Shown here: piece after piece, positions 1 through 9,566 of the stretch
Position numbering within the stretch: position 1 is the first letter of the stretch
Layout of the letters: every line of letters starts with the position of its first letter
DNA from: a virus
Lineage: Duplodnaviria; Caudoviricetes
Reading direction: 5' to 3' (one strand)
IMG/VR virus record: IMGVR_UViG_3300032123_000052
Span: 1-64,000 of that record
Length of the DNA stretch: 64,000 nt
Program-made: the position numbers and the translations under genes
Notes under the pieces: generated by a model
Databases searched by the model: none
What the model saw: only the letters and a program-made list of their open reading frames with translations
Told to the model about the DNA's origin: nothing

Positions 1-270
1 GGCCATACAATTTCAGGCACAATTAGTGGGTGTAGTTATGGAATTTATTATGGTTTCGGCTATACAATTTCAGGCACAATTAGTGGGTGTAGTTATGGAA
101 TTTATTATGGTTCCGGCCATACAATTTCAGGCACAATTAGTGGGTGTAGTTATGGAATTTATTATGGTTCCGGCCATACAATTTCAGGCACAATTAGTGG
201 GTGTAGTTATGGAATTCGTTACGGTTCCGGCTATACAATTTCAGGCACAATTAGTGGGTGTAGTTATAGT
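1..270 (+). repeat. 57-bp coding tandem repeat, about 4.7 near-identical copies visible
   Basis: Unit ggccatacaatttcaggcacaattagtgggtgtagttatggaatttattatggtt(t/c)c starts at 1, 58, 115, 172 and 229, with only a few substitutions. Confidence 0.97.
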
Positions 271-861
271 TTTGTATTTTATTTATTTGATACTACTATA
301 AAATCAGGTGCAAATATAGATTATTCTTTGCTTTATAGAAATCAAGAGGGAGGTAGAATACGAATTGAAGATTATTTGCAGTCTCATGGAACCAATAAAG
401 TAATTGATTCTTTTGGTGATATTATAAAAACAGCTTGTGATGGAACCGGAGATGCTCCAAGCGTTGATCCTGATAGTGGAAATGGGTATTGTGTCGAGGC
501 TTCAAATATTCAATCCAATATATCCGAAGTAAATAAATTAATTATAGTACCAGCTCATCGAATATGGTTGACAGCGGAAGAACACACTATAACATATAAA
601 TTACAAACGACATATGCAGGTATTTCTGCGGGAAAATTGACTATGACATGTAGCTATATCAGTACAGAAAGCCCTGTTACAAGAACAATTACGACAAACG
701 CACCTGCAATCAGTCAACGTTCAGATGATACTGATTGGTCTGAAACATTAGCTGTAACAATTACTCCAGTGGTAGCAGGATGGGTTGATATAGAAATAAA
801 ATTGACAGAATACGAATCAGGAAATGAAGTATATATATGGCCTACACCAACAATAAGTTAG
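1..861 (+). CDS. Beta-helix-repeat virion/fibre-like protein, 5'-partial (open from window start)
   Basis: Frame 1 is open from base 1 and reads (GHTISGTISGCSYGIYYGS)n, then continues without a stop into the track ORF 328..861. The 19-aa G/I/S/C/Y repeat resembles parallel beta-helix rungs, and neighbours are virion genes. Confidence 0.75.
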   Translation, partial: GHTISGTISGCSYGIYYGFGYTISGTISGCSYGIYYGSGHTISGTISGCSYGIYYGSGHTISGTISGCSYGIRYGSGYTISGTISGCSYSFVFYLFDTTIKSGANIDYSLLYRNQEGGRIRIEDYLQSHGTNKVIDSFGDIIKTACDGTGDAPSVDPDSGNGYCVEASNIQSNISEVNKLIIVPAHRIWLTAEEHTITYKLQTTYAGISAGKLTMTCSYISTESPVTRTITTNAPAISQRSDDTDWSETLAVTITPVVAGWVDIEIKLTEYESGNEVYIWPTPTIS

Positions 862-867
862 ACAATT

Positions 868-2163
868 ATGGCTACAAATAAACATGGCACATGGAGTAAC
901 GGGGAATCTATACTATGGTATAGTCCATCTACCTCATTAGATGTTATATGGTCTGACGGAGAGTGCCATCTAGTTGACCAATATACTAGTGGTTCCATTA
1001 GCGGTTCTAGTATATTAAGTTTAACTGGTACTGGTACTGTTAAAGGTAATGGCGATCTTAATGGGTTACTTGGTCTAGGTCTAATTGGTATTGGTACTCT
1101 TACACCCGTTAGTGGTTTTATTAGTGGCTCAGGTATACTAGTTTTAACTAGTATTGGTATTGTTAAGGGTAACGGTAATCTTAATGGTATTAATACATTA
1201 AGTCTAACTGGTACCGGTACTGTTAAAGGTACCGGAATATTATTGGGTACTAGTGTATTAAGTTTAATTGGTACTGGTACTGTTAAAGGTAACGGTATAT
1301 TATCGGTTATTGGTACATTGGGTTTAACTGGTATTGGCACGCTTACACTTCCTAGTGGTTCTGTTAGTGGTACTACTAATTTAAGTTTAACTAGTATTGG
1401 AATTGTTAAAGGTACCGGAATATTATCAAGTACTAGTACATTAAGTTTAACTGGTACTGGTACTGTTAAAGGCAATGGTTTTATTAGTGGTACTAGTATA
1501 TTGGGTTTAACTAGTACCGGTATTATTAAGGGTAATGGTAATCTTAGTGGTATTGGTACATTAAGTTTAACTAGTGTCGGTACTCTTGTACCCATTAGTG
1601 GTTCTATTAGTGGTACTGGTATATTAAGTTTAACTGGTACTGGTACTGTTAAAGGCACTGGAATATTATTAGGTACTAGTATATTAAGTTTAATTGGTAC
1701 TGGTACTCTTACACTTCCTAGTGGTTCTGTTAGTGGTATTAGTACACTGGGTTTAACCAGTACCGGTACTATTAGGGGTACTGGAACATTATTAGGCACT
1801 GGTATATTAACTCTAACCGGTACTAGTACATTATTGGGTACTGGAATACTATTAGGCAATACTAATATAAGTTTAACTAGTACTGGTAAATTATCTGTTT
1901 TAATATCTGGTACCAGTACATTTAGTTTAACTAGTACTGGTACTATTAAAGGTATAGGTAATCTTAATGGGTTACTTAACCTAGTTCTAATTGGTATTGG
2001 TTTAATTAAAGGCAATGGTACATTATTAAGTAATTCATTAATACAATTAACAGTTACAGGAACAATAATTGATTCAAGTGCAGTAGTGATAGCTACCTAT
2101 ACTATTGAAATTCCTATTGTTGATAAAATTATAGTTCCTGTTACTGATAAAATTACAATTTAA
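868..2163 (+). CDS. Low-complexity Gly/Thr/Ser/Leu repeat protein, probably a virion fibre/decoration protein
   Basis: About 20 degenerate copies of SGTSILSLTGTGTVKG-like units with short unique termini, located among structural genes. Confidence 0.7.
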   Translation: MATNKHGTWSNGESILWYSPSTSLDVIWSDGECHLVDQYTSGSISGSSILSLTGTGTVKGNGDLNGLLGLGLIGIGTLTPVSGFISGSGILVLTSIGIVKGNGNLNGINTLSLTGTGTVKGTGILLGTSVLSLIGTGTVKGNGILSVIGTLGLTGIGTLTLPSGSVSGTTNLSLTSIGIVKGTGILSSTSTLSLTGTGTVKGNGFISGTSILGLTSTGIIKGNGNLSGIGTLSLTSVGTLVPISGSISGTGILSLTGTGTVKGTGILLGTSILSLIGTGTLTLPSGSVSGISTLGLTSTGTIRGTGTLLGTGILTLTGTSTLLGTGILLGNTNISLTSTGKLSVLISGTSTFSLTSTGTIKGIGNLNGLLNLVLIGIGLIKGNGTLLSNSLIQLTVTGTIIDSSAVVIATYTIEIPIVDKIIVPVTDKITI

Positions 2164-2179
2164 GAGGAGGATATAGCTT

Positions 2180-2620
2180 ATGTCGATGTCTAATGCTGCT
2201 GAAACTGCTTTACTCAAACTTTTATTTGCTAATATTGATTGGGCTAATATTGGGGATGCTGGTGGGTTGTTACAGAGTGTAGCCGATGGATCACTTTTTA
2301 TCTCGCTCCATACTGGTGATCCGGGTGAAGCAGGAGATCAAACTACTAATGAATGTGATTATACTTCTTATGCGCGTGTGGCCGTAGCTCGTATAGATAC
2401 TGCATGGACATTTTCTGGAGATAATGTTTCTAATGCCGCTGCTGTAGATTTTCCTGCATGTACTGGTGGCACTAATACAACTACTTATTTTGCTGTGGGT
2501 AGAGATGTTTCTGGTGCAGGTATGGTTATTGTCTCCGGTGCTTTAACTGCTAGTCTTGCTATTAGTAATGGTATTACACCTTCATTTGCAATTGGTGAGC
2601 TTGATGTTAACGCTGATTAA
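2180..2620 (+). CDS. Small phage tail-fibre-associated structural protein (LHTGDPGE family)
   Basis: RBS gaggagg upstream. Motifs MSNAAETALL, FISLHTGDPGEAG, YARVAVAR and SGALTASLAI...ITPSFAIGEL match a widespread phage structural family I recognise from memory. Confidence 0.7.
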   Translation: MSMSNAAETALLKLLFANIDWANIGDAGGLLQSVADGSLFISLHTGDPGEAGDQTTNECDYTSYARVAVARIDTAWTFSGDNVSNAAAVDFPACTGGTNTTTYFAVGRDVSGAGMVIVSGALTASLAISNGITPSFAIGELDVNAD

Positions 2621-2631
2621 GGAGGAATACT

Positions 2632-2916
2632 ATGGGTTACTGGAGAATACCTCAGAGACAGCATGATCCTCAGCAAACTGAGATTTTTGAACTTGATTGG
2701 ACTAAGTATTTAAAAATTGGTAATACTATTTCTTCTATTGTATGGACATTGCCAGCAGGTATTACTAAAGTTAGTGACTCTAATACAACTACTAGTACAT
2801 TTATAAAATTAAAAGGTGGTACTATTGGTGAAACGTATAGAGTTACTTGTAGAATAACTACATCAGATGGGAGGAAACCTGAAAGATCTATTGATATAGT
2901 TGTACAATCAATGTAA
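2632..2916 (+). CDS. Putative fibre-tail adaptor protein
   Basis: RBS aggagg. Pattern HDP..TEIFELDW..YL..G.TI...GGT.GETYRVTCRITTSDGR resembles the small Ig-like adaptor family usually paired with the preceding gene. Confidence 0.6.
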   Translation: MGYWRIPQRQHDPQQTEIFELDWTKYLKIGNTISSIVWTLPAGITKVSDSNTTTSTFIKLKGGTIGETYRVTCRITTSDGRKPERSIDIVVQSM

Positions 2917-2927
2917 GAAATAGATAC

Positions 2928-2953
2928 GGAAGTGGGTTACTTAACCCACTTCC
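2928..2953. repeat. Intergenic inverted repeat (12-bp arms, 2-nt spacer) upstream of the terminase genes
   Basis: ggaagtgggtta-ct-taacccacttcc. Confidence 0.85.
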
Positions 2954-2980
2954 ATTAATTAAATTTTAGGAGGTCATTAA

Positions 2981-3592
2981 GTGTCTAAAGCTGATTCAAG
3001 GGAATATTTTTTACCCCATACTTCATTTAGACAGGTTGCTCAGATGTCATCTTATGAAATTGAAGTTTTAGGTACTAAATATCCAGAAGCAAGAAAAACG
3101 TCTGTTGGTATACCTGTATTTGGTATGATGTTTGCTTTAAATTCAGAACTTAAAAAGTATCAAAATAAGTTTGGTACTAATATTAATACAGATATAGATG
3201 AAGCTAAGTTAGAAAGTGAGTTAAAATATGAAAATATTTTGTCTAAGAGAATTCTTAATCAAACTAAATTAGGAATGTTAATTCTTAAAGAAGAGGCTTC
3301 TGACAGAGTTAAGAAAATTCTTAGGGCTGTAATGAATACGCTTAAAGTAGGTATTAAACATTCTTCTGCTCGTATTATGGGTATGGGAATTAAAAATCAA
3401 CGTGATATTGAAACTGTACTTACAGAAGAGTGGAATGATGCAATTGGTGAACTTGAAGAGGGTTCTAAAGTAATTTCTTGGGAATATGATGGATCAGCCG
3501 CATTACTTCAAACTAAATTAGTTGATTTAGAAAAAATCGATCCTGAGTTTGTAGATGTAGTGAAAGCGAGACAACGTGAAAACCAAGGTTAA
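2981..3592 (+). CDS. Probable terminase small subunit (Nu1-like position)
   Basis: GTG start with RBS ggagg, immediately upstream of and overlapping TerL. The size and helical C-terminal region fit; assignment is mainly positional. Confidence 0.55.
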   Translation: MSKADSREYFLPHTSFRQVAQMSSYEIEVLGTKYPEARKTSVGIPVFGMMFALNSELKKYQNKFGTNINTDIDEAKLESELKYENILSKRILNQTKLGMLILKEEASDRVKKILRAVMNTLKVGIKHSSARIMGMGIKNQRDIETVLTEEWNDAIGELEEGSKVISWEYDGSAALLQTKLVDLEKIDPEFVDVVKARQRENQG

Positions 3593-5441
3593 GATTAGTC
3601 CAGAGGAATTAGAAATACTTTATCTTCCTAAAAGGTTATCTGCACTTGAGGTAGCTAAGAAGATTAGACTCCCTCAGAAAGCTAATATATTAAATAAGAT
3701 TGATTTGGAGTTAACACCATATCTTAAATACCCTATTTCTTTAATTGGAAATACTCAAGTTCAATGGATATTTATGGTAGCCCCAACGCAATCTGGTAAA
3801 ACTGTATTCTTGCAAGTAGCTATAGCTGATTCTATAGATCAAGACCCAGGTACACTTATTTATGTTAATCCTGATGAAGTATTAACTAAAAAAAATATGC
3901 AGGAAAAAGTAATTAATATGATATTGGAGACTCCTGATCTAGCTAAACATATGAAAGGGATTAAAAAAACATCTAGGACTGGAATTGAGCTTGATAATAT
4001 GACCATATATCCAGCATGGGCTGGTTCACTTGGTACACTAAGTTCAGTAGCTGCTAAACGAGCTGTACTTGATGAGTTAAGGTTAATGAAATTGATGATA
4101 GGGGATGAATCCAATGCCCTTAAATTAATTGGTGATAGATTAACTACTTATCTTCATATGGGATTAGGTCAGGGATACGGTGTAAGTACTCCATCTGTTG
4201 AAGGAGATTTATTACATCAACAATTAACTGTTCCTGGAACACTTGTACTTAAGTGGCATATTAAATGTCAAAATTGTGGAAAGGTCCAGGTATTGGATTT
4301 TTTTAGAAATAAGAAAATTACTAATGTAGTTGATACTGATGGCTTAACCAGAGAAATTTATAAGTGTGTTTGTCTAGGGTGTGGGTATGAATTTGATGAT
4401 TCAGATCAAAAAAGAAAATTAAATAGTACTGGTTTTTATGCTGTTGAGGGTGGGTTACTTGAATTACCTCAAAAATTACCTAAACGAGTACTTTGTTGGT
4501 TTGATTCGATGTCTTCTCCTTTTCGTTCTTTTCAAGCTATATGGGAAGAGTTTAAACAGACCAAAGATAAATTACATGATTATAAAAATTTTTGGCAATG
4601 CTGGTTAGCGAAATTTTGGATTGATGATATAAGTAAAACTAGTGTTGAGAAATTAGAAAAGCATAAGATTGAAGATGCTTGCGGAGTAGTACCAGAGTGG
4701 TGTAAAGTTTTAACAGGTGGTATAGATTCACAAAAAGCTGGATTTTATGTAACTATTAGAGCTTGGGGGGAGAATCGAATTACTCGTTTAGTGGATGCTT
4801 ATTTTCTTGAGTGTAGATTACCTACTTCTCATGCTAGTGATGTGAGAAGAGTAATTAAACGAGATGTTACGGATAGAATATTTACTACATTGAAAGGGGA
4901 TAAATGGAAACTTGGTCTTTATGCTATAGATACTGGTGGTAATAGAACTAAGCAAATTTATGAAGGTACTGCTGGACTCGAAAGAATTATTTGGGTTAAA
5001 GGCAGAGATAATCAAAATTTAACAATTAGTTTTAATAAAGAAATTGGTCTCTATCTTGTAAGAACAGTAGAATATCTTGATGAGACTGAAGAAAAATCAT
5101 TTAGTGAGTCATTTGAATTGCCTTGTAATGTACCCAAAGAATATTTACGTCAATGGGTAAATTTAAGAAAGACTAGAAAAGTAAATAAAAGTACAAATGA
5201 GATAACATTTATTTGGAAACATGTTGGTCAATTTGATTATAGGATGGCTGATATACATTCTTTTATTTGTTTAGATATAACTACTTCTGTAGGAACATTT
5301 AGAAGGGAACTTGAAAAATCTACTTTCTTTTTCAATCCTCTTATTAAAAAAATTGAAGATGAAGCTCAGTCTGTACAGGAAATGGCAGATTCTGAAGATT
5401 CTGAAAATTATGAAGTCGGAACTTTTAGCGAGGAATGGTAA
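3576..5441 (+). CDS. terL: Terminase large subunit, lambda GpA family
   Basis: Walker A-like MVAPTQSGKT, DQDPG motif, Walker B LDE, STP motif, Zn-binding CxxC pairs (CQNCG, CLGCG), nuclease GGIDSQ and AIDTGG. Confidence 0.93.
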   Translation: MKTKVKISPEELEILYLPKRLSALEVAKKIRLPQKANILNKIDLELTPYLKYPISLIGNTQVQWIFMVAPTQSGKTVFLQVAIADSIDQDPGTLIYVNPDEVLTKKNMQEKVINMILETPDLAKHMKGIKKTSRTGIELDNMTIYPAWAGSLGTLSSVAAKRAVLDELRLMKLMIGDESNALKLIGDRLTTYLHMGLGQGYGVSTPSVEGDLLHQQLTVPGTLVLKWHIKCQNCGKVQVLDFFRNKKITNVVDTDGLTREIYKCVCLGCGYEFDDSDQKRKLNSTGFYAVEGGLLELPQKLPKRVLCWFDSMSSPFRSFQAIWEEFKQTKDKLHDYKNFWQCWLAKFWIDDISKTSVEKLEKHKIEDACGVVPEWCKVLTGGIDSQKAGFYVTIRAWGENRITRLVDAYFLECRLPTSHASDVRRVIKRDVTDRIFTTLKGDKWKLGLYAIDTGGNRTKQIYEGTAGLERIIWVKGRDNQNLTISFNKEIGLYLVRTVEYLDETEEKSFSESFELPCNVPKEYLRQWVNLRKTRKVNKSTNEITFIWKHVGQFDYRMADIHSFICLDITTSVGTFRRELEKSTFFFNPLIKKIEDEAQSVQEMADSEDSENYEVGTFSEEW

Positions 5442-5698
5442 TTATGACAGAATTTACTACATGGGCGGTTGAATTACTCCGCTGGAAAAATGCATTAGCC
5501 AATAGAGATATAGATTCTTTTTGGGTAATGTCAACTGAAAATTCACGAGAGATGCATACTACATATACTCGTTTAGATAATATTTCTAAATTTACTGAAT
5601 GGTTAGAAAATAAAAAGGACATGGAGTCATTAAGAAGTGATGAGGGTAAAGGCGGAGATAGTGTATCTATTTTACAATTTGTAGCAGGAGGTAATTAA
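5435..5698 (+). CDS. Putative head-tail joining (gpW-like) protein
   Basis: 87 aa between TerL and the portal, the slot gpW occupies in lambda-like modules. Confidence 0.5.
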   Translation: MVIMTEFTTWAVELLRWKNALANRDIDSFWVMSTENSREMHTTYTRLDNISKFTEWLENKKDMESLRSDEGKGGDSVSILQFVAGGN

Positions 5699-7254
5699 TG
5701 CCTTCAAGTTATGATATAATTAATGATTCACCATATTTTAAAAATTGGTTTGATGGGTTACATGAACTAGCTCCAGATACAGAATTAGAAGAAGATCAAA
5801 CTTTAATTGGTCTAAGGAAAACAAGTCTCAAGCTTATTAAAAATAATTTTATAGCATCAGCAGCTCAGTTAGCCTATATCAATACGGTATTGGGGGGTAA
5901 GATAACTCTTGATGTGTTAAGTACGAGTAAATCTTTTGAAAAAGAAGTTAAAAGAGTGTTTGGTGAAACAATGAATGGCTTAGATATTAATAGACAATAT
6001 TCTTTAACTCAGATAGCTGAACAAATTGTTGCTGCTGCTTTTGCACATGGGGATATTTTAATTAATCTTCCCAGAGATAAAAGACACCTTGGAAAAATTA
6101 AAACATATGTTGAATTGGTTGAAGCGTCTCGAATTAAAACACCTCCAAAATACAAGAATAATAATTTGGTTAAAGAGGGTGTTCATTATTATGAGAGTGG
6201 TAGAATAAAGGGATATTGGGTAATTAAGCGTCAAAAACAACAAGAGAAAATAAATTACTATACTGCTCAAGACAGTGATTTTGATTTTTTTCCCGTATAC
6301 AAAAAAGATAATGATATTACACGTAGGGTTTGTTGGTTATTTAAAGCACCATTGAATTTAAGACCAAATCAATCTAGGGGTATACCTGTATTGACTGGGA
6401 TTATGGAGCTTTTAAGATATATTGATCAGTATCTTGAAGCTGTATTGGTAGGTTCAAGGGTAGCTGCTTGTTTTGCTGCTTTTGTTAAATCTAATAACCC
6501 TGTTCAAGCTCGTAAATCTTTAGTTGAGTCAGATAATGATGCTAGTGTTTATGTTAAAGGTAAAAGAATACATAAATTACAGCCTGGTACAATTGCTAGT
6601 ATGAAGAATACCGATGACATTGTTTTTGCGACTCCAAATAGACCTTCTGATAATTTCGATACTTTTGTTTTAAGGTTATTTAAATCTGTAGCTATGAATT
6701 TACGTATTCCTTATGAACAAATGTTTCTTGATTTGAGTCAAACAAATTATTCTTCTTGGAGAGGCGGTAGTTTAGAGACCGAAAGAAATGTAAATCGTTG
6801 GGAAAGGGATTTAGAAGATTGTTTAAGATGGATAGTTATGACTTTTCTACAAGAAGCATTAGTCACTCGTGAATTAAAAGGTACGTTAAAAGGAATGACT
6901 TTGCAAATAACCTTTCCCGTATATAAAACTCTTGACGAAGAGAAAACATCAAGAGCAAGACGACTTAATCTTGATAATGGTTCTACTAGTCAACATAGAG
7001 AACAAGCAGGATTGGGTAAAAATTATGAACAACTTCAAGAAGAATTAACCAAGGAGGCTTTAGATAATGTTGAAAAGGAGGCAAAAATACTAATAAGAAA
7101 GAAAGAATTAGAAGAAGAACATGACATAATTTTTCCAGATCAAGTTAAAGAGGATAGAGATACTTCTGGTTCCCGTAGAGAAGGTGAAGAAAAAGAATCA
7201 GATTTAGATGATGAAGATGCTAAAGAGAGGAGAAAGGATGATGACAATTGGTAA
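5698..7254 (+). CDS. Portal protein, lambda family
   Basis: Motifs VELVEASRI, RPNQSRGIP, LQPG, DLSQTNYSSWRGGSLE; position after TerL/gpW. Confidence 0.92.
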   Translation: MPSSYDIINDSPYFKNWFDGLHELAPDTELEEDQTLIGLRKTSLKLIKNNFIASAAQLAYINTVLGGKITLDVLSTSKSFEKEVKRVFGETMNGLDINRQYSLTQIAEQIVAAAFAHGDILINLPRDKRHLGKIKTYVELVEASRIKTPPKYKNNNLVKEGVHYYESGRIKGYWVIKRQKQQEKINYYTAQDSDFDFFPVYKKDNDITRRVCWLFKAPLNLRPNQSRGIPVLTGIMELLRYIDQYLEAVLVGSRVAACFAAFVKSNNPVQARKSLVESDNDASVYVKGKRIHKLQPGTIASMKNTDDIVFATPNRPSDNFDTFVLRLFKSVAMNLRIPYEQMFLDLSQTNYSSWRGGSLETERNVNRWERDLEDCLRWIVMTFLQEALVTRELKGTLKGMTLQITFPVYKTLDEEKTSRARRLNLDNGSTSQHREQAGLGKNYEQLQEELTKEALDNVEKEAKILIRKKELEEEHDIIFPDQVKEDRDTSGSRREGEEKESDLDDEDAKERRKDDDNW

Positions 7255-8056
7255 TAGTTTTTTAATTCAACATTTTATGAATTCTGTATGGTTAATACAT
7301 CCTGAAAAACTTAAAATTATGTCTGAAGTTTTAGTTAAAAAAGCTATTGGGGATTTAAATGGGTCACTTAACCTACTTCAATTAGAACCAAAAGAACAAA
7401 AACCTGCTTATGTTCAAAGGATAGGAGATGTTGCGGTTCTTAATATTGTGGGAGTATTGGTTCCTAAAGCAAGTTGGTTGGATACCATGTGTGGTTTTGT
7501 TTCTACTATTGAACTACAAAATCAATTCGAAACTCTGGTAGCTGATCCTACTATTAAACGTATTGTATTATATTTTGATAGTCCTGGAGGATCAGGTATG
7601 GCAATACCTGAATTTGCTAATGTTGTACATGAGGCACGCAATGAAAAAGAAATAGTTGCTTTTACAGATTGTTTTATGTGCTCAGCAGCATATTGGATTG
7701 GTGCAGCAGCAGATCAACTTGTTGTTACTCCTTCTTCCATTATAGGTTCTATAGGAACCTATATGTCTCTTATTAAAGAAAAACCAGAGACTAAAGAGTA
7801 TGATATACATATTATTCAAGCTGGGAGTAATAAATTATTTGGTAGTCCAAGTACTCCTTTGACAAGTGATGAAATTAACTATTTTCAAGAAAAAGTCAAT
7901 CAGAATTATGAAACTTTTACTACTGCTATTTCGCAGTATAGAAATGTTATTCAAGAGGAAGTTAAAAATACTAAAGCTAGTTATTATACATCAGGTGAAG
8001 ATGCACCTGAATGGTTGTATGATGTTTTAGCTGATTCTCATTATGTATTATCTTAA
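7241..8056 (+). CDS. Prohead maturation protease, S49 (SppA-like) family
   Basis: FDSPGGSG, MCSAAYWIG, GSIG and AGSNK motifs. The start is more likely 7238/7241 (RBS gaggag) than the track's 7208. Confidence 0.9.
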   Translation: MTIGNSFLIQHFMNSVWLIHPEKLKIMSEVLVKKAIGDLNGSLNLLQLEPKEQKPAYVQRIGDVAVLNIVGVLVPKASWLDTMCGFVSTIELQNQFETLVADPTIKRIVLYFDSPGGSGMAIPEFANVVHEARNEKEIVAFTDCFMCSAAYWIGAAADQLVVTPSSIIGSIGTYMSLIKEKPETKEYDIHIIQAGSNKLFGSPSTPLTSDEINYFQEKVNQNYETFTTAISQYRNVIQEEVKNTKASYYTSGEDAPEWLYDVLADSHYVLS

Positions 8057-8069
8057 AGGAGATTTATTT

Positions 8070-8588
8070 ATGATGTTTTCAAAAAAGACTATTGATTTAG
8101 ATAAGTTGAAGGTAGAAGATCCTGATGCTTATAGTGCTCTAATGAATGATGCTAAAGCAAACGTAAAGTATGATGAAAACACTGAGTTAAAAATAGCAAA
8201 AGAAGAATTAGCTCAGTATAGAGATAAAGAGGCACGTATAGAAATTGATGCTCAAATTATTAGTTACGGTGAAAAATTAAAAGTACCAGAAATGGCTAAA
8301 AGAACCATAGCGGATAAATTGAATTTTGAAACGGCATTAAAGTATATGGTGGATGAAAATATTAAAAATGTTAAAGATATTAAAGAGTCTTTTGGAGATA
8401 CTGCATCTGTTGCAGCAGGAGAAAATCTTGAAGAAGGTAATGAAGATGAACCTAAAACTTTTTATGGAGCTATGACTATGATCGCTGAACGTGATAAGTG
8501 TACTAAGGCAGAAGCTTCTGTAAAAGCACAAAAAGAATTTCCAAAATTACTTGCTAAAAAGTATGGCAAGGAGGAAGATAACCAATAA
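8070..8588 (+). CDS. Putative capsid scaffolding protein
   Basis: Charged helical protein between the protease and cement/capsid genes. RBS aaaggag favours a start at 8070. Confidence 0.55.
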   Translation: MMFSKKTIDLDKLKVEDPDAYSALMNDAKANVKYDENTELKIAKEELAQYRDKEARIEIDAQIISYGEKLKVPEMAKRTIADKLNFETALKYMVDENIKNVKDIKESFGDTASVAAGENLEEGNEDEPKTFYGAMTMIAERDKCTKAEASVKAQKEFPKLLAKKYGKEEDNQ

Positions 8589-8658
8589 TTTTTAATGGGT
8601 TACTTGAAGCAGTACAACTATAATTAATCTTTATTAACATATTTTTGGAGGATTTAAC

Positions 8659-9525
8659 ATGATACAAAAACAATATATGGATTTTACTTGTGCAACTGGT
8701 CTTCTGGCTAAGAGGTTTGTTACAATTACTAAATCCACAGATACTGTTGCTTATACGGTTGCAGGAGCAAAACCAGATGGTATTACTATTGGGGATGAAA
8801 GTAATTTAAAAATTTCAATACAGTTACTTGGGAATCTTAATTCTTCTTTTTGGTTTGATTCTGTTGGAGTTATTGCTAAGGGTGGAGAAGTAGAAGTAGG
8901 GGTTGATGGTAAAGGTCAAATTCAAGCTAGTGGGGCAATAGCTTGCTATGCTAAAATTGCTGCTGTTGCTGATTCTTTTGGGGTAGGTTATAATATAGGA
9001 GGTACTATTGGTTCTGCGGTTGGTACACCTGGAGTAGGTATGACTTCTGTTGAAGAGTCAATTGGTTCATGGCATAAGACTACTATTACTGTTCCTATTA
9101 CTACTGTATTACCTGCTATAGCTGGCGGTGCTGATTTAGCAGTAGGTGTATTAATCTATACCTTACCTGCTGGAGCTAAAATTATTAAATCTGGTAATGT
9201 AGATATAGCTCTTGATGAACTTGATGGTAATATAACTGCTGATACTCCTGATGTTGGTATCGGTACTGTTATCGGTACTGGTGCTGTCAGTGTACTTGGA
9301 GGAACAGGAACATTTGAAGATATTGTTACTGGTAGAGCAGCAGCAGATTGTAATGGAACTGCAACAGTTGGAACAGCAATGCCCACTGGGGCAACAGGTG
9401 GACTTGTTATTGAGGTTGGGGATGCTCATACAATACATTTTAATGTTGCTGATGGATGGGCTGCTTCGGGTGAAGCTGCATGTCCTGTTACTGGAACAGC
9501 TGTTATTGAGTGGCTTGATGTATAA
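8659..9525 (+). CDS. Head decoration/cement protein with C-terminal extension
   Basis: The N-terminal ~115 aa resemble DUF2190-type cement proteins (RFV..AG...GI..GGEVEVGVDGKG). It lies directly before the capsid gene and has an extra ~170-aa beta-rich domain. Confidence 0.55.
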   Translation: MIQKQYMDFTCATGLLAKRFVTITKSTDTVAYTVAGAKPDGITIGDESNLKISIQLLGNLNSSFWFDSVGVIAKGGEVEVGVDGKGQIQASGAIACYAKIAAVADSFGVGYNIGGTIGSAVGTPGVGMTSVEESIGSWHKTTITVPITTVLPAIAGGADLAVGVLIYTLPAGAKIIKSGNVDIALDELDGNITADTPDVGIGTVIGTGAVSVLGGTGTFEDIVTGRAAADCNGTATVGTAMPTGATGGLVIEVGDAHTIHFNVADGWAASGEAACPVTGTAVIEWLDV

Positions 9526-9566
9526 ATAAGTTAATTATTTTATTTTCTATTTACGGAGGTAGTATA

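Noticed and set aside
1-270. CRISPR array or diversity-generating retroelement
   Set aside because: The units are contiguous with no unique spacers. Differences are mostly C/T transitions and not adenine-specific, and no reverse transcriptase or cas gene is in the window.
26-301. Track ORF MGVVMEFIMV... (91 aa)
   Set aside because: It is an alternative frame of the 57-bp repeat; frame 1 is the one continuous with the downstream gene.
858-2015. 385-aa minus-strand ORF (PVPV repeats)
   Set aside because: Antisense shadow of the Gly/Thr repeat gene, whose codons give no stops on the opposite strand.
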